From positions 251,284 through 315,283 of the forward strand of contig JBAZKE010000001.1 in assembly GCA_041650915.1 (NCBI GenBank): a stretch of DNA of 64,000 nucleotides, read 5' to 3'. The notes under the pieces were generated by a model. That model did no database searches, was not told the DNA's origin, and was given only the letters and a program-made list of their open reading frames with translations. This document shows, one piece after another, positions 36,991 to 46,268 of this stretch; positions within the stretch are counted from its first letter, which is position 1, and each line of letters opens with the position of its first letter. The translations under genes and the position numbers were made by a program. Source of the DNA: Patescibacteria group bacterium. GTDB taxonomy: Bacteria; Patescibacteriota; Patescibacteriia; UBA10025; JAHIVO01.

Positions 36991-37218
36991 ATGGACAAGC
37001 AGGGACAACAGCCGACCGAGGCGCAGAAAAATCTGATTTCCACCGTTTCGCATAAGTTAAAAGGCCCATTGACCACTATTAACCTCTATACTGAAGCGTT
37101 GCTGTCGGGAAGCGTCGGTAATCTAAGCGATGAACAGAGGCAGTATGTCCAGGAGGTGCATGATGCAAGTAAAAAAATGGTTGTGTATGTGAAAGACCTG
37201 AAGAATATTTTTAATTAG
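36991..37218 (+). CDS. Stand-alone HisKA (DHp) domain protein without ATPase domain
   Basis: ISTVSHKLKGPLTTI..YTEALL.G..G.L..EQ..Y; stops at the end of helix 2. Confidence 0.8.
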   Translation: MDKQGQQPTEAQKNLISTVSHKLKGPLTTINLYTEALLSGSVGNLSDEQRQYVQEVHDASKKMVVYVKDLKNIFN

Positions 37219-37251
37219 ATTCATTGCTGGATGATTGATTGAATAAACTCT

Positions 37252-37629
37252 ATGGTCGGACAAAAGAAAATACTTATCGTTGAGGACGACCAGTCAGTAC
37301 GGGTTGTGCTGGGAAATGAATTCCGGAGGATGGGGTACCAGATCATTGAAGCGGAAAACGGCGAAGCGGCAGTTGCGTTAGCACTTGCCGAGCATCCGAA
37401 TCTGATTCTGCTGGATGTCATCATGCCGAAGATGCACGGCATGGACATGCTCCGCAAGCTGCAGGAAAACGAGTGGGGCAAGAGCGTGCCGGTCGTTTTG
37501 TTGACGAATTTTTTTGATGACCCGCGCGTTATGGAAGCGGTGAAAGAAGGCCGGTGCGAGCTCCTCAGCAAATCTGAGGCAAAGCTGGAGGATATCGTGA
37601 ATAAGGTGCAGGAAAAAATTGGGGAATAA
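37252..37629 (+). CDS. Stand-alone response regulator receiver (paralog of 36558)
   Basis: KILIVEDD, LILLDVIMPKMHG, VLLTN. Confidence 0.92.
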   Translation: MVGQKKILIVEDDQSVRVVLGNEFRRMGYQIIEAENGEAAVALALAEHPNLILLDVIMPKMHGMDMLRKLQENEWGKSVPVVLLTNFFDDPRVMEAVKEGRCELLSKSEAKLEDIVNKVQEKIGE

Positions 37630-37653
37630 CAACGGCTGGCTGTCTATAGCCAT

Positions 37654-38007
37654 ATGCTGAAGGAAAAAAAGATATTGATTGTTGAGGACGACCCGATGCT
37701 ATTGCACCTTTTAGCAAATGGTTTTCGGAAGGCCGGGTATACTGTCTTTGAGGCGGTAAACGGGCACCAGGGCATTGAAACCGCATCACAAGAAAAACCA
37801 TCCATCGTCGTATTGGACATAATCATGCCGAAAGTCGACGGGGTGACGGTGTACAAGGCTCTTCGGGCATCCGGAGCCGTAATTGTCATCTGGACAAACC
37901 TTAGCCAGAAGGAAGTAGAGGCAGCAATCGGCGAATCCGGCATAGATTATCATGCAAAAGCGGAATGTTCGCTCGAGCAACTTATATCGCATATCAGGGA
38001 AATATAA
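37654..38007 (+). CDS. Stand-alone response regulator receiver
   Basis: KILIVEDD, IVVLDIIMPKVDG, WTNL, AKAE. Confidence 0.9.
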   Translation: MLKEKKILIVEDDPMLLHLLANGFRKAGYTVFEAVNGHQGIETASQEKPSIVVLDIIMPKVDGVTVYKALRASGAVIVIWTNLSQKEVEAAIGESGIDYHAKAECSLEQLISHIREI

Positions 38008-38132
38008 AAAAAGATCAATATCACTATTTATTCATGCTTAAATCATTTGGTTTAAGTATTTTTCAGCTTTACAAATTGCAAAAAAAGTGTTAAAATTAGC
38101 ACACGCGCTAAGCCATTGAACATGCACGGTAC

Positions 38133-38528
38133 ATGTCTGACAATGTTTTAATCGCAACGCTCAAATATATTGCCATAGAGATCCTGTGGGATATTGTGTA
38201 CTTTCCGATCTGGTGGTATTCGAAAGGCCTCGTACGGATCGGGCGGTACTGTCTCGAGAGCGCTGAGTTCCACGTCTCGAGGCGCCTTGCGCTCGGAGTG
38301 TGGCTGAGGAGCATGTTCAAGCCGATGTACGGCGATTATACGAAAGAGGGCAGAATCATCAGCTTTTTCATGCGTGTCGTCGTACTCGTCTGGAAGCTCA
38401 TTGCGACGGTACTGTGGATGTGCGTGCTCGCACTCATCTTTTTTTGCTGGATTTTATTGCCATTCATCATCGTGTACTACATACTGTACCAGGTGTTTGG
38501 TGTGCCTTTTATTCCCTTCAGCAGGTAG
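38133..38528 (+). CDS. Hypothetical membrane protein, probably co-transcribed with the Clp ATPase
   Basis: YFPIWWYS.G, MFKPMYGD...GRIISFFMR plus TM helices; ends 5 nt before the next ATG. Confidence 0.8.
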   Translation: MSDNVLIATLKYIAIEILWDIVYFPIWWYSKGLVRIGRYCLESAEFHVSRRLALGVWLRSMFKPMYGDYTKEGRIISFFMRVVVLVWKLIATVLWMCVLALIFFCWILLPFIIVYYILYQVFGVPFIPFSR

Positions 38529-38533
38529 GTTGT

Positions 38534-41299
38534 ATGGAGACAGAAACAGGAAAATCTTTTGTACTGCTCACCTGCCCCTTGTGCGGCGGTACGAGCGTAA
38601 CGAACGAGGGCACGTGCAGCCGCTGCCGGGAGCAGGGTGTTTTTGCGTGGCATGAGGGAGATATCCTGCACTGGAGCAAGAAGATAGATACACTTCACAT
38701 TTTTGAGGAGGAGATTGAACGTGCGGTGAAGGCGCTCGTAAACGGCTTCCTCGTCTTCGTCGGTGTCGTCGGACTCATCGCCCTCTTCATTATGATGATC
38801 CGCACCGCAGGCTGGACTGACCACTTCTGGGAGGTATTCAGGGAACGCAACAGTCTCATGGCGATTTTTTCTATAACGCTCATTGCCGATTTGTACGCGT
38901 ACTACCGGATCCAGCGGGAATCGCTCATGGAGCGTACGGTAAAGGTAAAGCGGTTTGATCCGCTCCTTACGGAGGAGGAGCCGCCCGCGCTTTTTGACCA
39001 GGTCAGCTCGAATCCGGGCAAGGGGATGATCGACGTATCAGTGACCTTCACTGAGGACGCGACGCAGTCTGTTGAACGCGCATGGCAGCTCGCCCAGAAG
39101 TTAAAGCATGCAGAAGCTACGCCGCTCCACAGCTTTGCGACCGTCCTTTCGTACCCGCAGGCGAGGATTATCCTCGCGCGGCTTGGCGTCGATGGAAAGG
39201 CGCTCGTCGAGAAGATATCGCGGAGCCTCTATAAGCTGCCGAAGAAAGACCGCGGAGACACGCGGCTCTCCGGGAGCTTCCGGTCCATGTTGCTGTCCGC
39301 GTACGTCGAGGCGTACGAGGCGCGGCAGGAGAGGGTTGAGGCGCAGCACATGCTCGTCGCCGCGGTAAAGACCGACCCGACGGTGCGCGATATCCTGTAC
39401 GACATGGAGATTGAGCTTGATGAGGTCATCAACGTTGTCGAGTGGATCAATATTCAGCACCGGATCGCGGAACAGCGCCGCCGATGGCGGAGCAAGGCCG
39501 CCTACAAGTCGAAGGGCGTGATGAACAAGTCGATGACCTCCCAGGCAACGCCGCTGCTCGACAGGTTCAGCCATGATTTGACCTCGCTCGCCCGGCAAGG
39601 GGTGCTCGCGCCGTGCATCGGCAGGGACAGCGAGCTCGAACAGACGCTCCGGATCATCGAAGGCGGCAAGAACATCATACTCACCGGCCATCCCGGGGTC
39701 GGCAAGACGAGTGTCGTTGAGGGAATCGCGGCGCTTATGGCATCCGAGGAAGTCCCGGCTGTGATGCAGGATATGAGGTTTGTGAGCCTGTCGGTAGCGT
39801 CGCTCGTCGGTTCCGCGGGGCGCCAGGGCGAGCTCGAGGGAGTGCTGCTCCAGCTGATCAACGAAATCGTCCGGTCAGGTAATATTGTACTCTTCATCGA
39901 CAACATACAGAATATGGTCGGCGTCTCTACGCAGGGCGCAGAGAACCTCGACATTTCGGATATACTTGCAAACGCGCTGTCAAAGCGGCTTTTCTACTGC
40001 ATTGCAACGACGACGCCGCTCGATTTCCGCAGGTATATCGAGCCATCAAGTTCGCTGACTTCGGTTTTCCAGCGGGTCAATGTCAGCGAGCCGGACCGCA
40101 ACGGAACGATCAGAATCCTCGAGGGGAAGGCAAACTCGGTCGAGGCGAAGAACCAGGTATTCTTTTCGTATGATTCCATCGAACGCGCCGTCATCCTGAG
40201 CGAGCGGTACATCCACGAACGCTTCCAGCCGGAGAAGGCGATCTCGATTCTCGACGAGGTCGGCGTTTACGTGCGCCGCAAGAAGGGCGCCAACTCAATC
40301 GTGACCGGAGAGGATGTCGCGGAAATCGTTTCGCATAAGACGAACGTGCCGGTGACAAAAATTACCGAGAAGGAAACAGAGAAGCTGCTTCAGCTCGAGG
40401 AGCGGATCCACCAGCGCATGGTTAACCAGGACGAAGCGGTCAAGGCCGTGTCGACCGCACTCCGGCGTGCGCGTGCGGAGCTGCGCGATATCGGGCGTCC
40501 GATCGTCAACCTGCTTTTCCTCGGGCCGACCGGCGTCGGCAAAACGGAGCTCGCCAAGACCGTCGCTGAGACGTACTTCGGATCGGAGGATACCATGGTC
40601 AGGCTCGATATGTCCGAGTACCAGGAAAAGTCCTCAATCAGCCGCATGATCGGCTCGCCGCAGGGAGTCGGGGGCAGCGGGGAAGGCGGGTACCTCACAG
40701 AGGCGATCCGCACGCAGCCGTTCTCGCTGCTGCTGCTCGATGAAATGGAGAAAGCTCATCCGGATATCCTCAACCTCTTCCTGCAGGTGATGGACGATGG
40801 CCGCCTGACGGATACGCTCGGCCGTACGATTGACTTCACGAACGTGATTTTGATCGCGACGTCGAACGCCGGTACGCCGATTATCCAAAAGCGGATCAGG
40901 GAGAATGTCCCAATCGAAAAAATAAAAGACGAGCTCATCAACGAAGAGCTCAAGCAGTACTACCGTCCCGAGTTCCTCAACCGTTTCGACAACATCGTCG
41001 TGTTCACGCCGCTCTCATTCGAGCATATCCTGAAGATCGTTGATCTTATGCTCGGTAATGTGCGGAAGCGGCTCGCCGTGAAGGGCATCCAGCTCGAGGC
41101 GACGAAGGAAGCGAAAGAAGAGCTCGCACGGGAAGGGTATGACCCGGTGTTTGGCGCACGGCCATTGCGCCGCGCGATCCAGGAGCGGGTTGATAACGCC
41201 CTCGCGAATTACCTGCTGCAGGGCAAGATCGGCAGGCGTGACGTCGCCGTGCTCGAAAAAGGCGGCAATATTTCAGTCCGTTCGGCGCCGCCGATTTAG
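38534..41299 (+). CDS. ClpA/B/C-family double AAA+ ATPase with N-terminal Zn-finger-like motif and two TM helices
   Basis: CPLC..CSRC, two TMs, Clp-N repeats, GHPGVGKT, GPTGVGKTE, RLDMSEY, LDEMEKAHP, RPEFLNR, GARPLRR. Confidence 0.92.
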   Translation: METETGKSFVLLTCPLCGGTSVTNEGTCSRCREQGVFAWHEGDILHWSKKIDTLHIFEEEIERAVKALVNGFLVFVGVVGLIALFIMMIRTAGWTDHFWEVFRERNSLMAIFSITLIADLYAYYRIQRESLMERTVKVKRFDPLLTEEEPPALFDQVSSNPGKGMIDVSVTFTEDATQSVERAWQLAQKLKHAEATPLHSFATVLSYPQARIILARLGVDGKALVEKISRSLYKLPKKDRGDTRLSGSFRSMLLSAYVEAYEARQERVEAQHMLVAAVKTDPTVRDILYDMEIELDEVINVVEWINIQHRIAEQRRRWRSKAAYKSKGVMNKSMTSQATPLLDRFSHDLTSLARQGVLAPCIGRDSELEQTLRIIEGGKNIILTGHPGVGKTSVVEGIAALMASEEVPAVMQDMRFVSLSVASLVGSAGRQGELEGVLLQLINEIVRSGNIVLFIDNIQNMVGVSTQGAENLDISDILANALSKRLFYCIATTTPLDFRRYIEPSSSLTSVFQRVNVSEPDRNGTIRILEGKANSVEAKNQVFFSYDSIERAVILSERYIHERFQPEKAISILDEVGVYVRRKKGANSIVTGEDVAEIVSHKTNVPVTKITEKETEKLLQLEERIHQRMVNQDEAVKAVSTALRRARAELRDIGRPIVNLLFLGPTGVGKTELAKTVAETYFGSEDTMVRLDMSEYQEKSSISRMIGSPQGVGGSGEGGYLTEAIRTQPFSLLLLDEMEKAHPDILNLFLQVMDDGRLTDTLGRTIDFTNVILIATSNAGTPIIQKRIRENVPIEKIKDELINEELKQYYRPEFLNRFDNIVVFTPLSFEHILKIVDLMLGNVRKRLAVKGIQLEATKEAKEELAREGYDPVFGARPLRRAIQERVDNALANYLLQGKIGRRDVAVLEKGGNISVRSAPPI

Positions 41300-41353
41300 C
41301 GCACTGCGTAAACAAAACAGCCGAGGGGCACAGCGCACCTGCCGGGTTGTTTG

Positions 41354-41746
41354 CTATGCTCCGGTCGCGGACCGCAGGGTGCCGGTGAGGGTTGAGAGGA
41401 TTGCGAATGCTGCGAGCGCGATTACGGTGCCGAGGGCTGAGTACTTGAGTATCTGTTTTGCTTTGGTCACGCGCTCTTCGTTGCCGGCAGCCGTCATCCA
41501 CATGAAGCCCCCGTAGATGACCATCACCACGCCTGCGAGCCCGAGGAAGCCGAGCAGGATTTGCCCGGCCCGGATCACCATGTGCGGCGGCTCCTGGTCA
41601 GGGAGCTTGGTCGCGTCTTTGATTTTATTTCCCGGATCAAATTCAACGCCGAGCGCCGTTTTTACCCTGCCAATGAGAAGGTATGCGCTAAAAGCAGTTG
41701 AGCCAAGCCAGCCGATTGTTTTCCAGGAAATTTTTTTCATACGCAT
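41354..41746 (-). CDS. CPR pilin (VirB2/TrbC-like T4SS-pilin family)
   Basis: LLGFLG...V.M.IYGGF.WMTAAGNEERV.KAK.IL....LG. Confidence 0.85.
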   Translation of the reverse strand: MRMKKISWKTIGWLGSTAFSAYLLIGRVKTALGVEFDPGNKIKDATKLPDQEPPHMVIRAGQILLGFLGLAGVVMVIYGGFMWMTAAGNEERVTKAKQILKYSALGTVIALAAFAILSTLTGTLRSATGA

Positions 41747-41757
41747 ATCCTACGTAC

Positions 41758-41824
41758 AGTATATGAGATGCGAGGCGTTTGTGTCAAAGCTGGGTTTGAC
41801 AGGCATTTTGCACCGTGATACAGT
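41758..41824. promoter_or_regulatory. Back-to-back promoters (pilin and small ORF)
   Basis: Minus: TTGACA(41787-41782)-18 bp-TATACT; plus: TTGACA(41796-41801)-17 bp-TACAGT. Confidence 0.65.
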
Positions 41825-41915
41825 TGTTGGCCAACTGTTCATTACATTGGAGTACCGTCTGCCCGTAATAGGATTACAAACTACCATCTAATCATTTTTT
41901 GGAAAGGAGTTTGTA

Positions 41916-42098
41916 ATGTCTGACAAGCTGTACAAAATGTACGGAAAGGACAATCCCGACGGCATACGGATCAGCGAGCCGCTTGAAAAGAGCGGATTGC
42001 ATCCGATCCAGTGGCTGATGATTGTCATCATCGCCTGCCTGGCCGTCGCGATCATATTTGGAGCTGTAGATTCAGTGCGTGCCATTCCGTTGCCGTAA
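41916..42098 (+). CDS. Small single-TM hypothetical protein
   Basis: AAGGAG SD, own promoter and terminator, hydrophobic C-terminal helix. Confidence 0.7.
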   Translation: MSDKLYKMYGKDNPDGIRISEPLEKSGLHPIQWLMIVIIACLAVAIIFGAVDSVRAIPLP

Positions 42099-42126
42099 CG
42101 GTTGGGCATGTTGAACCTATAGAGTA

Positions 42127-42163
42127 GCTGGCGTTCCGCGTCAAGAACGCCAGCACTTTTTTT
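42127..42163 (+). terminator. Intrinsic terminator
   Basis: GCTGGCGTTC-loop-GAACGCCAGC followed by a T run. Confidence 0.75.
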
Positions 42164-42206
42164 ATTTGCCGAAAAAGTCCGAAATCGCTATACTTAATTT
42201 CATCAT

Positions 42207-43547
42207 ATGGACCAGAATGACAAAATGGAAAAGATCATATCGCTGTGCAAGAGGCGCGGTTTTATTTTCCAGTCAGGCGAGCAGTACGGCGGGCTCCAGG
42301 GTTTTTGGGATTTCGGCCCGCTCGGGGTTGAGCTGAAGAACAACATCAAAAAAGCCTGGTGGAAGCGGTTTGTGCAGCAGCGCAGGGATGTTGTCGGATT
42401 AGATTCGGCCATTATTACCAATCCTACTGTTTGGGAGAAGAGCGGGCACGTCGGCGGTTTTTCGGATACGTTGGTCGAGTGCAAGCAGTGCCATCATCGT
42501 TTTAAGCTGGATGATTTGGCAGGAAGCCAAGAACAGGAAACCACAAATCAGAAATGCCCGGATTGCGGTGGCCAGCTGACGCAGGAACGGAAGTTCAATA
42601 CGATGTTCAAGACATTTGTCGGGCCGGTTGAGGATTCGTCGGCTGTTGCGTATTTGCGTCCGGAAACAGCACAGAATATATTCGTTGATTTTGATACGAT
42701 CCGCCAGGCAATGCGCCTGAAGCTTCCATTTGGCATCGCACAAATCGGCAAGGCGTTTCGCAATGAAATCACGCCCGGCAATTTCATTTTCCGCTCACGT
42801 GAGTTTGAACAGATGGAGATCGAGTATTTCATTGATCCTAAAGAGGATGCGAAGTATTTCAAAAAATGGGTTGATGCAAGCTTTCAGTGGTTTCTCGATC
42901 TGGGCATGAAAAAGGAGAACCTCCGTTTGTTTGAGCAGCCGAAAGGGGAGTTAGCTCATTATTCAAAAGCAACTACGGACATTGAATACAATTTTCCTTT
43001 TGATAAGGGATTTGCGGAGCTCATGGGCATAGCGAACCGTACGGATTATGATTTAAAAGCACATAGCTTTACGTATACAGATGATGTGGAGAAAAAGGAG
43101 TTTGTTCCGTACGTTATTGAGCCGTCGGCAGGCGTTGACCGCGCGGCACTCGCATTTTTATTGGATGCATACGAAGAAGTGAAGGGCGGACGGACGACCA
43201 CGACGGAAAGCAATAAGGAAGCAGAGGTTGTGTTGCGTTTGCACAAAGACCTTGCGCCGTACAAGGCGGCGGTGCTGCCATTATCCAAGAAAGAACAGCT
43301 TGCGAAACCCGCGCAGGATATTTACCATGACCTGCAAAAACATTTCATGGTGGCGTATGACGATGTCGCGTCCATCGGCCGGCGGTACCGGAGGCAGGAC
43401 GAGATCGGCACGCCATACTGCATTACCGTTGATTTCGACAGCTTGGAAGACAAAAAAGTTACGGTTCGCGATCGCGATACCATGAAACAGGACCGGGTGC
43501 AGATCGGGGAGTTGGTAAATTATTTGAGAGATAAGTTACATTCATAA
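42207..43547 (+). CDS. glyQS: Glycine--tRNA ligase, homodimeric (eukaryote/archaea-type)
   Basis: LCKRRGF, YLRPETAQ, GKAFRNEITP, REFEQMEIE, IEPSAG, YRRQDEIGTP. Confidence 0.97.
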   Translation: MDQNDKMEKIISLCKRRGFIFQSGEQYGGLQGFWDFGPLGVELKNNIKKAWWKRFVQQRRDVVGLDSAIITNPTVWEKSGHVGGFSDTLVECKQCHHRFKLDDLAGSQEQETTNQKCPDCGGQLTQERKFNTMFKTFVGPVEDSSAVAYLRPETAQNIFVDFDTIRQAMRLKLPFGIAQIGKAFRNEITPGNFIFRSREFEQMEIEYFIDPKEDAKYFKKWVDASFQWFLDLGMKKENLRLFEQPKGELAHYSKATTDIEYNFPFDKGFAELMGIANRTDYDLKAHSFTYTDDVEKKEFVPYVIEPSAGVDRAALAFLLDAYEEVKGGRTTTTESNKEAEVVLRLHKDLAPYKAAVLPLSKKEQLAKPAQDIYHDLQKHFMVAYDDVASIGRRYRRQDEIGTPYCITVDFDSLEDKKVTVRDRDTMKQDRVQIGELVNYLRDKLHS

Positions 43548-43559
43548 TTTTTTACACTT

Positions 43560-44528
43560 ATGCGCGAAGGATATCGACCGCAATCGGAGGGGATAGGACA
43601 AACTGAAGAAAAAAAACAGGACAAACACCAAAAAAGCAGAGGCATCATTGACCGCATAAAATATGCCCTGAAAGTCGGGGCGATTGTCGGCGGGACCATG
43701 CTTGGTACTGGTGCCATGCGCGGCGGGGAAGCGGTAGCCGCCCCGGAAAAGGATAAAATTACGGATAAAGAACATAAATGGACCGAAGCTCAGGAAAGGC
43801 TGATCAATCAGATGTGGCATCGAACCAATGAGAAGGTAATGGAGCTGGATTCAATTTATTACCAGAAAAACAAGGATACTCTGCCGACAGACGTAGTTGA
43901 TTTTTTCCAGAAAGAGGGTAGTGATTTTGCCGTGGCTGTTGTCGAGGGCAATGGCACGATGGAGGATTTCGAAAGGGACCTGCAGGCATTGTACGATATA
44001 TTCCGTAAGAACCTGATCGGAGGCGATTCGACCGCAGCCGAAACGGTCCCGCCAACGCCAGCACAAACCCAGGAAGCTGATGCTTCGGCACAACAACAGG
44101 AAAGTGAGTTTGATGCTTTCGTGAATAAGGAGGAAGCTGAATTTGCTCAGAGTACAGAGGAAGCGCAGCAAACAATGGGTGAAACAATAGAAAAATCTGA
44201 AGCTGCTTTTATGGAATTAGAAAATGACCCTGCTTTTGCAGAATCAGATTCAACAGGCGTACTGGCGGAAAAGTACAATTCTACAGAGAATGCGGGACAA
44301 CGGGACACGATGAGGCAAGAAATACTGAAAACGTATTTGGGTTTTGAGATTCAGAAAGGCCATACTTTCAGCGAAGGGAAGTGGTCCGGAACCATTAAAA
44401 GAATTCCTGGTTTCATCATGGAACTTAAATTTACTGTCGATAAAGATGGAAATGTTGAAGGCAGTATTACGGATATGTTTTCTGGCGAAATGTCAGGCTA
44501 TCAAATAAATATATCTGAGTTGAAGTAG
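43560..44528 (+). CDS. Hypothetical, probably exported acidic protein; cargo between glyQS 3' repeats
   Basis: 322-aa ORF with hydrophobic segment ending AVA; more AT-rich than core genes. Confidence 0.7.
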   Translation: MREGYRPQSEGIGQTEEKKQDKHQKSRGIIDRIKYALKVGAIVGGTMLGTGAMRGGEAVAAPEKDKITDKEHKWTEAQERLINQMWHRTNEKVMELDSIYYQKNKDTLPTDVVDFFQKEGSDFAVAVVEGNGTMEDFERDLQALYDIFRKNLIGGDSTAAETVPPTPAQTQEADASAQQQESEFDAFVNKEEAEFAQSTEEAQQTMGETIEKSEAAFMELENDPAFAESDSTGVLAEKYNSTENAGQRDTMRQEILKTYLGFEIQKGHTFSEGKWSGTIKRIPGFIMELKFTVDKDGNVEGSITDMFSGEMSGYQINISELK

Positions 44529-44567
44529 TTATAGGATGATTTACATGTACCTTTTTTATACATAATT

Positions 44568-44638
44568 GCGATACCGTGAAACAGGACCGGGTGGAGATCG
44601 GGGAGTTGGTAAATTATTTAATGGATAAGTTGAATTAG
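44568..44638 (+). repeat. Direct-repeat copy of the glyQS 3' end
   Basis: 44568-44631 matches 43474-43537 at 59/64 nt by manual alignment; reads DTVKQDRVEIGELVNYLMDKLN*. Confidence 0.9.
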
Positions 44639-44801
44639 ATTGTTTGTCACCTTTCTTGGCGGCGAGAAAAGCGGCGGAAAAGCATGCCTTGAGCGCAGCC
44701 GAAGGGAACCACCGCGCTGGTTCCGTAATCTTGAAAATTGGGCTCATCGTCCCTGCCGACCCACAACCGCTTCGCTTGAGTGGGATCGGCTTCCTCACTT
44801 C

Positions 44802-44888
44802 GTTCGCGACCGTGACACGATGGAGCAGGAGCGAGTGGCGGTTGACGAGTTAGAAGATCATTTGAAAGAGAAGCTGGGTAATGAGTAA
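44802..44888 (+). pseudogene. Third, diverged glyQS C-terminal remnant
   Basis: VRDRDTMEQERVAVDELEDHLKEKLGNE* versus GlyRS VRDRDTMKQDRVQIGELVNYLRDKLHS*. Confidence 0.85.
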
Positions 44889-44926
44889 TCAAGCTGAGCA
44901 GTCGTGGCCGCTCGCCTCAACGGCGG

Positions 44927-44956
44927 GAGATTCTTCGCCTACGGCTCAGAATGACA
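44927..44956 (+). repeat. REP-like palindromic element (..GAATGACA end)
   Basis: GAGATTCTTCGCCTACGGCTCAGAATGACA; related TGTCAT ends at 54729 and 57992. Confidence 0.55.
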
Positions 44957-44968
44957 ATAACGTACTAT

Positions 44969-46234
44969 ATGTTCAAACAATATAGGCTGAAAAATGACTT
45001 GCGGGTTTTACTCGCACCCCTCAAGGAGACGAAAGCCGTAACCGTGCTCGTCCTCGTCAAGGTCGGCTCGCGGTACGAGCCGAAGCAGATCAACGGCGCC
45101 TCGCACTTCGTGGAGCATCTCATGTTTAAGGGGACCGAGAAGCGCCCGACATCGCTCGACATTACCAAAAAGCTCGACGGCATCGGAGCGTCATACAATG
45201 CGTTTACCTCAAAAGACCACACGGGGTACTACGTTAAGTGCAGCAGGGACAAAATTGAGCTCGCGCTCGACGTGCTGTCCGACATCGTCTTCAACTCAAA
45301 ATTCGATACGGATGAGATTGAGCGGGAGCGCGGCGTCATCGTGGAGGAAATCAACATGTACGAAGATGCGCCCATGATGATGATTGATGACGTTTTTGAA
45401 GGGGCAGTCTTCGGCAGGGTGCCGCTTGGGCGTTCTATCGCGGGGCCTAAGGAGGTTATCAAGCGTATTACGAGAAAGCAGCTCTACGGCTACTACCGCG
45501 AGCACTACCAGCCGCGCAATATGCTCATTGCTGTCGCGGGCAACTATGACTATTCTGTCCGGCGGCTGATACGCGCCTATTTCGGCGGATCGCGTGTGCG
45601 CCAGCGGAAAGCGTCGTTTCGCAAGGTGGCGATTACCCAGCGGCAGCCGCGGGTTTCACTCAAGCGCAAGGAGACGGAGCAAGCCCACCTCGCCCTCGGT
45701 TTTCCCGCGTATTCGTACACGCAGCGGCAGCTCTATGCGCTCTACGCCCTCGCTGTCGTGCTCGGCGGTAACATGAGCTCGCGGCTCTTCATGTCGATCC
45801 GCGAACGGAAAGGCCTGTGTTATTATATCCGGACAGACGTCGGCATCTACGAGGATACGGGTACGTTCGCAGTATTCGCTGGGTTGGATAAGAGCCGCAT
45901 CAGGGAGGCTATCAGGGAGATTGTCAAAGAGCTCAAGAATATCCGGGATGGCGGAATCACGGCACAGGAGCTCAAGAAGGCGAAAGACTTCCTCAGAGGC
46001 AAGCTCATACTGGATCTCGAAGCGTCAGACAGCGTCGCATCGTGGCTCGGAAAGCAGGCGCTGCTCAAGGGAACGGTGCTGACTGCCGCCGAACAGCTTC
46101 GGCGGGTACGCGCCGTGACGATGGCCGACGTCCGGCGTGCTGCCCGGGAGGTCATCCAGGAGCGTAGGTGCAGCCTATCCCTCATCGGCCCGTTCAAGAA
46201 CGAACGTACGTTCCGCCCACTTTTAAAGATGTAG
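44969..46234 (+). CDS. M16 (pitrilysin) family zinc peptidase
   Basis: VGSRYE, HFVEHLMFKG (HxxEH), NAFTSKD, ER.VI.EEI, MSSRLF..IRE. Confidence 0.95.
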   Translation: MFKQYRLKNDLRVLLAPLKETKAVTVLVLVKVGSRYEPKQINGASHFVEHLMFKGTEKRPTSLDITKKLDGIGASYNAFTSKDHTGYYVKCSRDKIELALDVLSDIVFNSKFDTDEIERERGVIVEEINMYEDAPMMMIDDVFEGAVFGRVPLGRSIAGPKEVIKRITRKQLYGYYREHYQPRNMLIAVAGNYDYSVRRLIRAYFGGSRVRQRKASFRKVAITQRQPRVSLKRKETEQAHLALGFPAYSYTQRQLYALYALAVVLGGNMSSRLFMSIRERKGLCYYIRTDVGIYEDTGTFAVFAGLDKSRIREAIREIVKELKNIRDGGITAQELKKAKDFLRGKLILDLEASDSVASWLGKQALLKGTVLTAAEQLRRVRAVTMADVRRAAREVIQERRCSLSLIGPFKNERTFRPLLKM

Positions 46235-46268
46235 GTACTATTGTATACTGGGAGCAGGAATTAACGCT

